64,000 nt of DNA from Macrostomum hystrix (taxonomy: Eukaryota > Animalia > Platyhelminthes), in contig CATNEN010000029.1 of NCBI GenBank assembly GCA_950097015.1, forward strand, positions 5,208,001 to 5,272,000, given 5' to 3'. Shown piece by piece: positions 37,370-50,652 of the stretch (position 1 is its first letter; each line of letters begins with the position of its first letter). The position numbers and the translations under genes were made by a program. The notes below the pieces were generated by a model that saw only the letters and a program-made list of their open reading frames with translations, had not been told where the DNA came from and searched no databases.

Positions 37370-37685
37370 GGAAATCCCGAACCACCAGAATCCAGTTTCC
37401 GGGAAATCCACAACTGTCTAAATCCATATTCAGGGAAATCCAGAAATGTCTAAATCGAGATTCGGGGAAGTCCACAACTGTCAAAATCCAGATTTGGGGA
37501 AATCCAGATTTGGGGAAATCCAGATTTGGGGAAATCCAGATTTGGGGAAATCCAGATTTGGGGAAATCCAAAAATTTCTAAATCCAGATTCGGGAAATCC
37601 ATAATTGTCTAAATCAAGATTTGGGGAAATCCAGATTCGTGGAAATCCAGAAATGTCTAATTCGAGATCCAAGGAAATCCCGAAC
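37370..37685. repeat. Degenerate 15-16-bp repeat (GGGAAATCCAGATTT) just 3' of the RasGRP stop
   Basis: Read directly. Confidence 0.85.
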
Positions 37686-39139
37686 CTATCAACCAACAAC
37701 TAGTTATTTTTCGTATTTTGCAGAACTGTCATCTCGCTCCTCGCAGAACTGTCCCTAATTATGCGCCTTCTTCACGGTATAGTTCTGAAAGAAACTTTAA
37801 ATATTTTATTAATACTTTTATTGATAGAATATTTTCTGAGTCCCAATAGCTTTTCAATCGTGCAGCGCAAGAAACTAAATTGCATGTTATTTTACGTCTT
37901 TGAGCAATTAGCGTTTTGAATGGATGGCCTGCTTTCAATGCCAGATCAATAAAAATATTTTAATCGATAACAAACTATTTGGCATCAGTATTAACGAATT
38001 ACATTTCAGGCCCGTTACATTTACATTTGCTGAGGTGCGCGGAATTCGACTTTGTGCTTTTGTAAGCAACCTGTAATCCACAATCCGGAAAGAAAGTTTA
38101 AGCGACTAAATAAATATTATTTTATTTGTATTTTAGTAAAGTATCATTCCAAATATATTTCGATTTGAATAAAACAACGATATAAAAAGTGTACTATCCA
38201 ATTAACATCGTAAAATTTATATATTTCATTTTGACCTGACTACCTCAAAGTTAAATAACACTGAAATTCTAAAAAGCATTTTTACTATATAATTAGCAAT
38301 CCAAAGTCCAAACCTAAGAGCTCTGAAAATAGAATGTGTTTAACTAGTGTTTTTCTAAAAATAGACTATTCACGGTAAACCCCAATCTAAAAATAGCCTT
38401 TCCAGACGAACCAGATCTAAATATAGAATGGCCGCTGAAGAACCCCAATCTAAATATGGTAATACGCGAAAACCATATTTCTAAAACTAGAATGGAGATC
38501 TCAGTTATCTTATCTTAATGTCTAAGTTAAAAAAAATTATGGTGCACATCGTCTAGTAGCCTGTCGGTTGGATGAGTAAAATGGCCAAAATAATGGACAT
38601 ATAATCGATTGATTTATGCCTCTAAAACGCGCAGGGTCAGAGGTGCCTAGCTGGTTGGCTATCACAGAGAGGTACATACTGAAATTGGATAATAGACAAC
38701 GTTTAACTGTATAGCACACGATAGATATAAAGCTGTTTACACTATGATAGTTAGTAAAAATCAATTGATGGACGCTCACTTTTAGAACTCCGCACAGTCG
38801 ACTCAAACAAGACTGCAATTTACGAGGGCGTCAAGACACGAAAGAATGAAAATATCAGATTTTACAACAGCACTATAGTGTGAACCGCACGCTGAACATC
38901 GAAAAATGAAGAGGTTCTCTTTCAGAAATAAAGAGAAAATGAATTTTACTAAGTCGTCTGCAGGTCAGTCCGAATGAGGCACCTAGAGGCGAATCGAGTG
39001 AGTCGTTTAAAACATACCGCCGCACAAACGCACATACGACGTACTTACTACAAGTAGAAACAAACGGAAAAATACATCGCGAACAATAGCTGTTAAAAAT
39101 GTTAGTATCCCATTTCATTTGCGACATCGGGTGCACTGA

Positions 39140-39405
39140 CAGGACAGAGCGACAGGACAGAGTGACAAGACAGAGCGACAGGACAGGGTGACAGGACAGA
39201 GTGACAGGACAGAGTGACAGGACAGAGTGAAAGGACAGAGTGACAGGACACGGTGACAGGACAGGGTGACAGGACAGAGTGACAGGACAGGGTGACAGGA
39301 CAGGGTGACAGGACAGGGTGACAGGACAGGGTGACAGGACAGGGTGACAGGACAGGGTGACAGGACAGAGTGACAGGACAGGGTGACAGGACAGGGTGAC
39401 AGGAA
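39140..39405. repeat. 13-bp minisatellite (TGACAGGACAG[G/A]G)
   Basis: Read directly. Confidence 0.92.
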
Positions 39406-40469
39406 AGAGATGGAGTACAGAGTGCAGAGTGACAAGCTGTTGTTGCGAAAGTTCGGAATGCAGAGGCGACTAGAAGGAAAAACAGATTAGGAAGCATAAA
39501 TTACTGAAAAGGCGCGAGTTACTCAGCGGGCATCCCATTTTGTCCTTCTAAAATCGCCCTGGTATACCGAAGTCTGACAGAAAGACAATTTTTGGGAATA
39601 AGAACAATCACTTGATTTTTAGTACTTGATTAATGCTGGACAGATAATTGTCATAAAAATAATTACTCGATATATAGGCTTTAAACATCAAGCTTAGCAA
39701 AACCAAAAACCACATTGGGCAACATACACCCTGAAAATGAATGCAACAATTAATAAGAAAGTAAGAAATAAGTTAGGGTTTAGTGTTGAAAATGTGCAAC
39801 CAAAGACACAGCAAAAAATAGGAAAAATTAGAAATAGAAACTTAGAATCTTTGCACAAGAAATTCATTTGTTAACCCAATTTCCAACTCAATCAGCCAAT
39901 CGGAGACAAGGCGAAAAACTTCGTCCCCAACTAGCCAATGAGAAATCAGCAAAGATTGTCTCTCCTCCCCACCCAGTCCAGGCCAGCCAATCGGCGTCGA
40001 CTAATTTGTTCATTTGGCCCCGCGGCCGCTGGGCGGCGGATCGATCGGTTGGAAGCCGCGCATCTCGCTATTAATCCTGTCCCGTTCCATCAGGTATTCG
40101 CCTTCGGAGCAGCTGCCAAGAGCCGAACTTCTGCCGCTCTTTGCCTGAGGAAAGACCGCCCGCTCGATTACTGCGAATAGAAAATTGAGATAAATTTTAT
40201 AAAAAACTTTTGCACATACCAATCAGCCTACTCAGTCTGCAGTTTGATAGTAGTTTAGGCAGAATTATTTTCAGTAGCTTTAGCATTGCTTTGAATTTCG
40301 ATACAAAAGCAGCTGCATCTTACATTTTCCTAACTATTTTAAGGCTAGTAACGAAGTATAAAATTAATCCCAGAAACATACTCGGCCCTTAATTAGGCCA
40401 AGGAAAGAAAGGATGAGAGAAATATAGCTGTAATATGAAGTATTGACCGGCCGTTGTACCGGGACTTAG

Positions 40470-40830
40470 AAATCGAAAATTAGAAATCGGGATTTAGAAA
40501 TCCGGATTAAGAATTCGGGATTAAGAAATCGGGATTTAGAAATCCGGATTAGGAATTCGGGATTAAGAAATTGGGAGTTAGAAATCGGCCGTTGTACCGG
40601 GACTTAAAAATCGAAAATAAGAAATCGGAATTTAGAAATCTGGATTAAGAATTTGGGATTAAGAAATCGGGATTTAGAAATCGGGATTAAGAAATCGTGA
40701 TTTAGAAATCAGGATTAAGAAATCGGGATTTAGAAATCGGGATTAAGAGATCGGGATTTAGAAATAGGGATTAAGAAATCGGGATTAAGAGATCGGGATT
40801 TAGAAATCGGGATTTAGAAATCGGGATTCG
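40470..40830. repeat. 13-bp-type minisatellite (AGAAATCGGGATT[T/A]) overlapping the CEP170-like stop codon
   Basis: Read directly; the minus-strand unit AATCCCGATTTCTAA encodes NPDF*. Confidence 0.9.
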
Positions 40831-43800
40831 GAAATGGAATCATCAGTCTGCGACATACTCGATAGCTGGTACTGCACTGCTTGCAGATTGTACAGGCAGT
40901 TGTTCAGCGTGTCCTGCAGCTGACTTCGCTGCTGCTGCTGCTGCTGCTGTTGAAGCCGATCCGGACTGCGCTGCTGAAGCATCGGCAGGTCCTCCGCCGG
41001 GCTCGGGGTCCGGCTAAGATGGCGACTGCGACGCAGTTTGGCCAACAGCTCGTCGGAGCAGCGGCGCAGCTTGCAGGACATCTGCAGAAGGCTAGCGGCC
41101 AGGACAGTGTCGTAGACGGCTCCTCCGTCAGCTGCGGCGGCGGCTGCTGCGGCGGCAGTCGAAGATGCGGAAGAAGGCAGCACAGCTGCGGAGCGGCTCC
41201 GGTGGTTGCCGAGAGTGGCAGCAGCCGATGGCGAGTGGCAGCAATGCACCGGAGAGAAGGCCGACAGACGACCAGTGACGTTGCCGTAGTCCTGTCCAGC
41301 ATAAGCATCAGTTTTGTTGAATAGCATCACGGGAGTTAGCAAGAACATTCCTAACATACTGAATAGCCACCTCAACATCCATCTCACTCCATTCTATCAC
41401 ACGACCCTCATACTGACAGCCACCTCACTCCATCTGTCCATTCTTACACCCATCCCTCATTCCGACAGCCACCTCACTCCATTTTAACACCCATCCCTCA
41501 TTTCGACTGCCACCCCACTCCATTCTAAGACCCACCTCTCACACTGACAGCCACCTCACTCCATCTGTCCATTCTAACATTCATCCTTCATTCTGACAGC
41601 CACCCCCTCCATTCTAACACCCACCCCTTTTATTCCCCTTCTCCATCAATAGGTTTCAGCCAATGGCTGGCAGCCGCAACGCACATCATGCCTGGTCAGC
41701 CTCTCCAGATCTCTGCTGAGCTCGGAGCCGGAGCCAAATCTAGCCTGGTTAGCCAGCTGACGAGCCAGCAGGTCCTCGCTAGAGGCGCCCTGCTGCTGGT
41801 AGCGGATGCTGGCCTCGTGAAGGCTCAGCGGCCTGCTGGAACCAACGATACCGCCGAGGAAACGGGCATCGAAAGCCTGCTGCCTCGGTTGCGGCTTGCT
41901 ACGCTGCTGTATGAATATCAGCTGTTGTTGTTGCTGCTGCTGCTGCTGCTGCTGTTGCTGAGTGTAACAGGATGTGGGAAGCCGGGAAGGCTGCGTTGGC
42001 ATTTGGGACGCCTTCAAAGAGTGCCTGCCGTACTCGAATCGGACAGGCTCACCACTGGATCCGCCAGAGCCACCGCTGCCGCTTCTGAGCCTCTGCGCCT
42101 GTTGCTGCTGCTGTTGCTGCTGTTGCTGCTGCTGTTGTTGTTGTTGTTGCTGCTGTCCCGGAGACAGACCAGACGAGCTGCCCCTGAGAGCCGATAGCCG
42201 AGATCGGATTCCGCCACCGCGCGGCGGTGGCACGGTGTCGTATGGATTGGCGCAGTCTTCGGCTAGCGCGTCAATCACTGACGAAGGCAGGGAGCTGCGC
42301 TTCTTGATCACCGGATGCTGCTGCTGATGTGGCAGGTGCTGGTACTGCTGTTGGTACTGCTGCTGATACTGGTTAGGGTGCTGGTGCCCGCGGTATGCCT
42401 GCTGCGGTGACACGCCCCCCTCTGAGTCGTCTGACGAGATCTCGTCGTCCATGATTGCCGACGAGGCTGACGCCGCCGCCACAGCGGCCGCTGCTGCCGC
42501 CGCCGATTCTTCGTCGTCGGCGAAGGGGATGTCCAGTGCGCTGCGAGCCAGTCGGGCCTCCATGTCGTGCAGGAGGGTGGCCGTGTCGTGCAGCAGGCAG
42601 GCCGTGTCCAAGCCGCCGACGCCGCCGCAGCCGAAGCCGTCGTCCTGTCGCAGTCTGAAGGACACCATGCTCTGGCTCATGATGGCAGCCGCGGCTTCTG
42701 CACCGCTAGCCGTCGACGCCAAGGGAGGACCCGCCCTCAAGCAGGCCGCAACGACAGCGGTGTCGGCAGCTTCGGCTCTGCTTGACAGCGACCCTGTCAC
42801 AATTGGCGTCGGCTTTGACGCCACCGCGGCTGCTGCAGTTGAGGCTGCAGGGAATGACCGATAGCCCAGATCGTTCAGCTGCGAATCAGAGGCCAATAGG
42901 CGCCGTGTGTCCTGCAGCTGCTGCTGCTGCCGGCTGCTGTAGTGCTGCTGCTGCTGCTGCTGTTGCTGTTGCTGCTGCTGCTGTTGCTGTTGCTGCTGCT
43001 GCTGCTGTTGCTGAAGTTCCCGATCCTTCTTTCCTAGGCGCCTTGGAGACGAATCTGTGTAATGTTTATTATTATTTTTTTCTAGCCTTGTTCCTAGCGC
43101 ATTGCACTTAAGCAAGCCATATTACGATTTAATCAGAGAGCTATTTTTAGTTTGCTTCTTGCGTCCTGGTAGGAGTCGGGGTATAGAGGAAGTAGACTGG
43201 GGTGACAGACTGTAAATTGCAGGAAGGTCGAGTGGAAAATGCAAATTCTTCCCGCATCGTACTCAAAATACCATCCAGAAGGTGAGCCGCAGCACTTCCT
43301 TCAGGCAGGGGCGCATTCAGGCGAGATCCACAGTATAAGTTTTCCTTATAACTACCGTGCACTATGCGTACCATCGCTTCTATTAGTAGGACTGAAAAAT
43401 ATGCTGCGTTGAAGAAAGATAGAAATTTTCGATTCTATCTGCGATTCTACAATTAAAAAATTCGATTGAGAGAGAGAATGATGGAAAAGTAGATGGAAGT
43501 GATATACGGAGTGACGATTCAGAGGGAAACGGAAGCTGGGGAGGAGAGAGGGAAGCTGGAGAGGATAGAGGAAGCTGGAGAAGAGAGAGGAAGCTGGAGA
43601 AGAGAGAGGAAGCTGGAGAAGAGAGAGGAAGCTGGATAGGATAGAGGGAAGCTGGAGGGGAGAGAGGAAGCTGGAGAGGGAGAAACGGAAGCTGGAGATG
43701 AGAGAGGAAGCTGGAGAGGAGAGAGGGAAGCTGGAGAGTATAGAGGGAAGCTGGAGAGGAGAGAGGGAAGCTGGAGAGGAGAGAGGAAGCTGGAGAGGAG

Positions 43801-46800
43801 AGAGGGAAGCTGGAGAGGAGAGAGGAAGCTGGAGAGGGAGAAACGGAAGCTGGAGATGAGAGAGGAAAGCTGGAGGGGAGAGAGGGAAGCTGGAGAGGAG
43901 AGAGGGAAGCTGGAGAGGATAGAGGGAAGCTGGAGAGGATAGAGGGAAGCTGGAGAGGAGAGAGGGAAGCTGGAGAGGATAGAGCGAAGCTGGAGAGGAG
44001 AGAGGGAAGCTGGAAAGGGAGAAACGGAAGCTGGAGATGAGAGAGGAAGCTGGAGAAGAGAGAGGAAGCTGGAGAGGAGAGAGGGAAGCTGGAGAAGAGA
44101 GAGGAAGCTGGAGAGGAGAGAGGGAAGCTGGAGAGGAGAGAGGAAGCTGGAGAGGGAGAAACGGAAGCTGGAGATGAGAGAGGAAGCAGGAGATTCCCGT
44201 ATAAGATCGCTGCTTCATTCATTCATTCTTCAGTCAGCAATGTCGAGGCAGTATCAAGCACTGATGGCTGGTGACTCACCCGTGCTTGACTTGGAACTCC
44301 GCTGGTTCAGCTGGGCTACATTCAAATAGCCATTGCTGGCTGATTCGAAGGATCCGACACCGGCGACACCGGCGACGCCGCTTCGAGGGCCGTCGTCCAT
44401 GACGTCGGACATCCACTTTGGGCTAGTACTGGTCTTGAGTTCCAGCTCCTAGGGGAGAATAGGAGGATAGAGTTTCGCCTATACCATGGCGGATAATATT
44501 TGCACTTTTATGCAAAAGCAGCCGGCAGAATTGCTGGCTTGGGTCGTCAGTTTTGTTAGTAAATTTGTTTGCCAAGAAGAAAGAAAAACACTCGGAATGC
44601 ATTAGCATGCCAGGCCAATGGAGAGGGAGAATTCGCCTCACTTCCTGAGTCCATCTCCCACTGCCAGTATTGATTGGCAGCAGGATTTGTTCGCAACAGA
44701 AATAAAGGCAGAAGGGAGAGTGTGGTATGGAAGAGGAAGCTTATATTGAACTGGTTCTTAATATAAACCGATTCGAGTTCGTTTTTTGCAAGAAAACTAA
44801 AAGCTGGTCAGTGAAAGCAGAAAGTCCTTTCCTTTTTTCTGTTGCCCATGGCAAACAGGTTGTTCTCGAGTTTCTTAAGAACAGTTTCTATATATTTCGA
44901 CCGAGACTTTGAGCAGTGCTCAGAAGTATCAAGATTGTGACAGAGTCAGCGATTTGCCACCGGAGGCTTGACCTCCAGTGGGCTCAAAAGCAGGCTACTC
45001 AACTGAAGAAGACTAGACAAGCGCATTAGAGTGAGGAGACTGCTCTGGGATTTCCTGAGAGGGGAAAGGAGTCTGGGGAATAAATTCAAGGAAATTTGCA
45101 TTTCTCCCAAGGCCTGGAGGAAAGCGGAGAGTGAGAGGCGAGAGACGGTTGCAGCTCATATGGTCTGTTTACCCATTCTCTCTTTTTCTCTCTCCATTTC
45201 CTTCGCACTACCTTCGCCTTCTGCAGTATCTGGGCAGTCTTGGACTTGCTTCCTATTCTTTGACGCTCTGGGTTCTATTTTTTTTAAAGAACCGATCCCA
45301 ACTGAAAGCCTCAACTATATCTCTAGACACCCTATCTACTAGTAGACACCCTGATTAGAGTCTTGACACAGTCTCTAGATAAACTTTATAGATATTTCTA
45401 TCTCTAGACACCCTATCTACTAGTAGACACCCTGATTAGAGTCTTGACACAGTCTCTAGATAAACTTTATAGATATTTCTATCTCTAGACACCCTATCTA
45501 CCAGTAGACACCCTGATTAGAGTCTTGACACAGTCTCTAGATAAACTTTATAGATATTTCTATCTCTAGACACCCTATCTACTAGTAGACACCCTGATTA
45601 GAGTCTAGACACAGTCTCTAGATAAACTTTATAGATATTTCTATCTCTAGACACCCTATCTACTAGTAGACACCCTGATTAGAGTCTTGACACAGTCTCT
45701 AGATAAACTTTATAGATATTTCTATCTCTAGACACCCTATCTACCAGTAGACACCCTGATTAGAGTCTTGACACAGTCTCTAGATAAACTTTATAGATAT
45801 TTCTATCTCTAGACACCCTATCTACCAGTAGACACCCTGATTAGAGTCTTGACACAGTCTCTAGATAAACTTTATAGATATTTCTATCTCTAGACACCCT
45901 ATCTACTAGTAGACACCCTGATTAGAGTCCAGACATAGTCTCTAGATAAACTTTATAGATATTTATATCTCTAGACACCCTATCTACTATTAGACACCCT
46001 GATTAGAGTCTTGACACAGTCTCTAGATAAACTTTATAGATATTTATATCTCTAGACACCCTATCTACTAGTAGACACCCTGATTAGAGTCCAGACATAG
46101 TCTCTAGATAAACTTTATAGATATTTATATCTCTAGACACCCTATCTACTATTAGACACCCTGATTAGAGTCTTGACACAGTCTCTAGATAAACTTTATA
46201 GATATTTCTATCTCTAGACACCCTATCTACCAGTAGACACCCTGATTAGAGTCTTGACACAGTCTCTAGATAAACTTTATAGATATTTCTATCTCTAGAC
46301 ACCCTATCTACTAGTAGACACCCTGATTAGAGTCTTGACACAGTCTCTAGATAAACTTTATAGATATTTCTATCTCTAGACACCCTATCTACCAGTAGAC
46401 ACCCTGATTAGAGTCTTGACACAGTCTCTAGATAAACTTTATAGATATTTCTATCTCTAGACACCCTATCTACTAGTAGACACCCTGATTAGAGTCTTGA
46501 CACAGTCTCTAGATAAACTTTATAGATATTTCTATCTCTAGACACCCTATCTACTAGTAGACACCCTGATTAGAGTCCAGACATAGTCTCTAGATAAACT
46601 TTATAGATATTTCTATCTCTAGACACCCTATCTACCAGTAGACACCCTGATTAGAGTCTTGACACAGTCTCTAGAGATATTATATAGTTTTATAGATATA
46701 CTTACGTCTAGATGCCCTTCACTAGACAATCTCTAGGCACCTATCTCGAGATTTATAGTATCTCTAGATGCTCTAGACACCCGCCGATAACCTAATCTAT

Positions 46801-49800
46801 GGTAAGGTCTATAAACGAGTTGCATAAAAAATAAAAGGGTTATAAAACAATGAAATGTCTATTGTCATTTATCTAGTGCCTTAGTTTCTAAATTTGATTA
46901 CATTTAGGTACATATCCCGGATGTATCATTTCTTTAATAGCCACAAAACTGAAGCAAAGCTGAAAATTTTTACATTTTGTATAAACAGTGGGTGATCTAA
47001 AATTTGGACCAATGGATTACCGAAATGAGGATCTAGGTCAGCGAAAGAAAACTAATTTTCAATCTCAATTTTCTTAATCCCTACCTGTTATTTCCTGGAA
47101 TTGCAAAAGAAATAGAATTAATTCACTCACCCGTTTGAGTTTCATGAACGGACGGGACAGAAAGTTAATCATAGCTGCCTGCTCAAACTACGGGAGAAAC
47201 TCGCTTTTTAAGTTTGAAAGTGAAGAATAAGAAGAAGAAGACGAGGAGGAGGGAGAGCTCGGATTTTCGATCGAATCCCAAGTCCAGGAGAGGACAGCGA
47301 CTGAGATTGAGACCGGCTGAGGGTAGCGGCTAGACAAGATGGAAGTCTAAACCTCCTCAGAGACCATCAAGGATCTCTTAGTCGAGTCTCTCTACGATGT
47401 CGCTGGCCTCAGAAGCTTCAGACTCAACTGAGAGATAGATGAGTGAGATGCAGAATAGATCAAATACAGGAACTGAGGCTTAGATTGACGGGGGTGGAGA
47501 GAGGAGCTCAACCACGAAGTAGGCAGAACTGTCGAGTACATTGGGACAGAGAGGCGGCGAGTAGAGGGGAGCGGAGGAGCGGAGGAAGGTTGGGAAGAGA
47601 CAGACGCTGAGAGAGGAGGGCAGGCGGGCGGGCAGATGGAGGCTGTGGCGCGGACAGGCCAGGGTGGGACAGACAGACAGAGGCCGCCAAGCAGAGAAGA
47701 ACCCGGGCATTGGTTGGGCGGCAACGGTTTTGGAGAATGCTTTCTGGAGAGCTTTGGGATCGCTCCTAACTGGAGGAAGAGGGAGGGGGATGTTAGGGGA
47801 TAACAGGGGATGGGGGTCATACGGAGCCTTGATTTTCTGCTCATTCGCGCGTGGCGGACGAGACGGGGAAGGCGAGGTCCGGGAACGGGACAATGCACAT
47901 GGCCTCATTCTGTTTCTGCGGTTGGCATCCTGGATTCAAATATTTCTGCTAACCAATCTTTTGGTTAGCTACTAAAGCTTTTGCTGCGTAGTTAGGACAA
48001 CAGGCCTTCAACAGCTTTCAGCAACGCCACACTGCGATTGTTGTCTATGGTAAACTTTCCGTTTATCCGCCCCGGGCGAGCGGGAAATAAATTATTTATT
48101 TCGCGGGGCAAATAAATGAAATGCTTTAAGACAGACTGCGTTGGCGGACAAACGGGGAATAGATGAGAAATATTAAACATTTATTTCGGCTCCCTAGGAT
48201 GGAAGGCTCGAGGCGCAAATTTATTGACCGAGGCGAAGCCGAGTGCCTTTCCACCCTAGACAGCCGAAATAAATGGGAAATATGGTATGTATTCCCCGTT
48301 TGCCCGCGAACTTTGATTGTACTTTTATGCTCTGTGTATAAAATCTGACTCTCTCTCTCTCGGACTCTCTCCATAGTCTATGGTAAAAAGCAGACCTGTT
48401 TGAAGAAGAAGCGTCTGTGGTAAAAAGTGTACACTAGGCGTGTAAGGCTGGAAATGCTGTCTGAGCTATGGCTTGCTTTGAGCTACGTTCTTTTTATCCC
48501 CCCCAGACGTCCGTGAGTTGTCTATGGTAAACGTTCCGTTTATCCGCCCCGGGCGAGCGGTAAATAAACTATTTATTTCCCGGGGCAAATAAATGAAATG
48601 CTTTAAGATATAGACTGCTTTGGCGGACAAACGGGGACTACAAACAATACTAGGGTTAGGTGCCAGTTCTGTCAATCTTAATCGGTTTGGAAACCAGATT
48701 AAGTGCTAAAGAAGCCATTCTAATATTCGCCAATATGCTACAGGGCAGGCCAGCAGTATACTAAATGCATAATTTACACAGTCCTCGCCACACGCAGCCG
48801 GGTCTATCTGAAGCGGCTGAGCGGACACTTGGGAGTTTCCTGACCCGAGCAATTAGAGAAGCCCAGCCGCGGCAATAAATCATGTCCGGGGCATCAGTGA
48901 GAGAAAGAGAGACAGGGAGAGAAGGGGCCGTTTAATCATTCGCCAGAGAAGGAACGAGAGCCATGAGACGGGCTAGAGTGCCCCGGGTGACGACCCGTCA
49001 GGGGTGCTGCTGCTGCTGCTGCTGCTGCTTCTAAAAGACGTTAAAACCTAGGCCAGTCAATCCGAGTGCGAGATGGAAGTGGCCGCTTTGCGGCTTCATT
49101 TCACTTTATTCTTCCAATTTTCCTGGGCAACCAACTAGCCACCGGTGGAAATTGAAGCGTCAATCAAATACTGCTCCCCCTTCACTTTTGCCTCGCTGAC
49201 CATCAGTCATGCAGTGGGCACTGAATTCTCTGATTCAACCCAAAAACCCAATCCGAATTCTCATCTCGCTTCTTCCTCAGCACTGGCTCTAAAATCTTTG
49301 CTACATGTTGGGTCTTCAATTCGACCAGCTCTTCACTATAATTCTCTCTGGATTTATATTTCGGTCCTTCCGACCAATCCGTCACTCTCCCTTACTCCCC
49401 CTCACTTTCCCTCACTCTCCCTCACTCTACCTTACTCTCCTCACTCTCCCGTACTCTCCGTCACTCTCCCTCACGCTCCCTCACTCTCCGTCACTCTCCC
49501 TCACGCTCCTTTACTCTCCTTTACTCTCCCTCACTCTCCCTCACTCTCCCTCACTCTCCCTCACTCTCCCTTACTCTCCCTCACTCTCCCGTACTCTCCG
49601 TCACTCTCCCTCACTGTCCATCACTCTTCCTTACTCTCCCTCACTCTCCCTCACTCTCCCTTACTCTTCCTTACTCTCCGTCACTCTCCCTCACTCTCCC
49701 TTACTCTCCCTCACTCTCCCGTACTCTCCGTCACTCTCCTCACTCTCCATCACTCTTCCTTACTCTCCCTCACTCTCCTTCACTCTCCCTTACTCTCCCT

Positions 49801-50621
49801 CACTCTCCCTCACTCTCCCTCACTCTCCCTCACTCTCCCTCACTCTCCCTCACTCTCCCTTACTCTCCCTCACTCTCCCGTACTCTCCGTCACTCTCCCT
49901 CACTCTCCCTCACTCTCCCTCACTCTCCCTTACTCTCCCTCACTCTCCCGTACTCTCCGTCACTCTCCCTTACTCTCCCTCACTCTCCCGTACTCTCCCT
50001 TACTCTCCCTCACTCTCCCTCACTCTCCCTTACTCTCCCTCACTCTCCCGTACTCTCCGTCACTCTCCCTTACTCTCCCTCACTCTCCCGTACTCTCCGT
50101 CACTCTCCCTCACTCTTCCTTACTCTCCCTCACTCTCCCTCACTCTCCCGTACTCTCCGTCACTCTCCCTCACTCTCCCTTACTCTTCCTTACTCTCCGT
50201 CGGTCTCCGTCACTATCCGTCGCTCTCCGTCACTCTCCCTCACTCTCCCTTACTCTTCCTTACTCCCCGTCACTCTCCGTCACTCTCCGTCACTCTCCGT
50301 CACTCTCCGTCGCTCTCCGTCACTTTCCCTCACTCTCCCTTTTCCATATAACCTCCGTTTCTTCCCAGCTCCCTGTGTTAGTTACACTCTCAACTGTATT
50401 GCCCCAGCAATTGTCATACAATCTCATTCTGTATTGAATGCGCATCTAATAACTACAAAATTTCTTAAGACAATGACTGCAGACAACTTTAATCTTTCAA
50501 TGAAGCAGCTATTAGCAGGGCTATTAAAGTCTTTTCACTAATCGATTTTCATCAGGGTTGAATACAATGAGCCTGACAGCAGTTCTTATCGATTAGCCAA
50601 TCCATAATAGAACTCAGTAGA

Positions 50622-50652
<31 letters not shown>

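Noticed and set aside
43147-43374. 75-aa minus-strand ORF as an extra CEP170-like exon
   Set aside because: Not needed for phase (44280 joins 43054 directly) and no convincing splice pair was seen.
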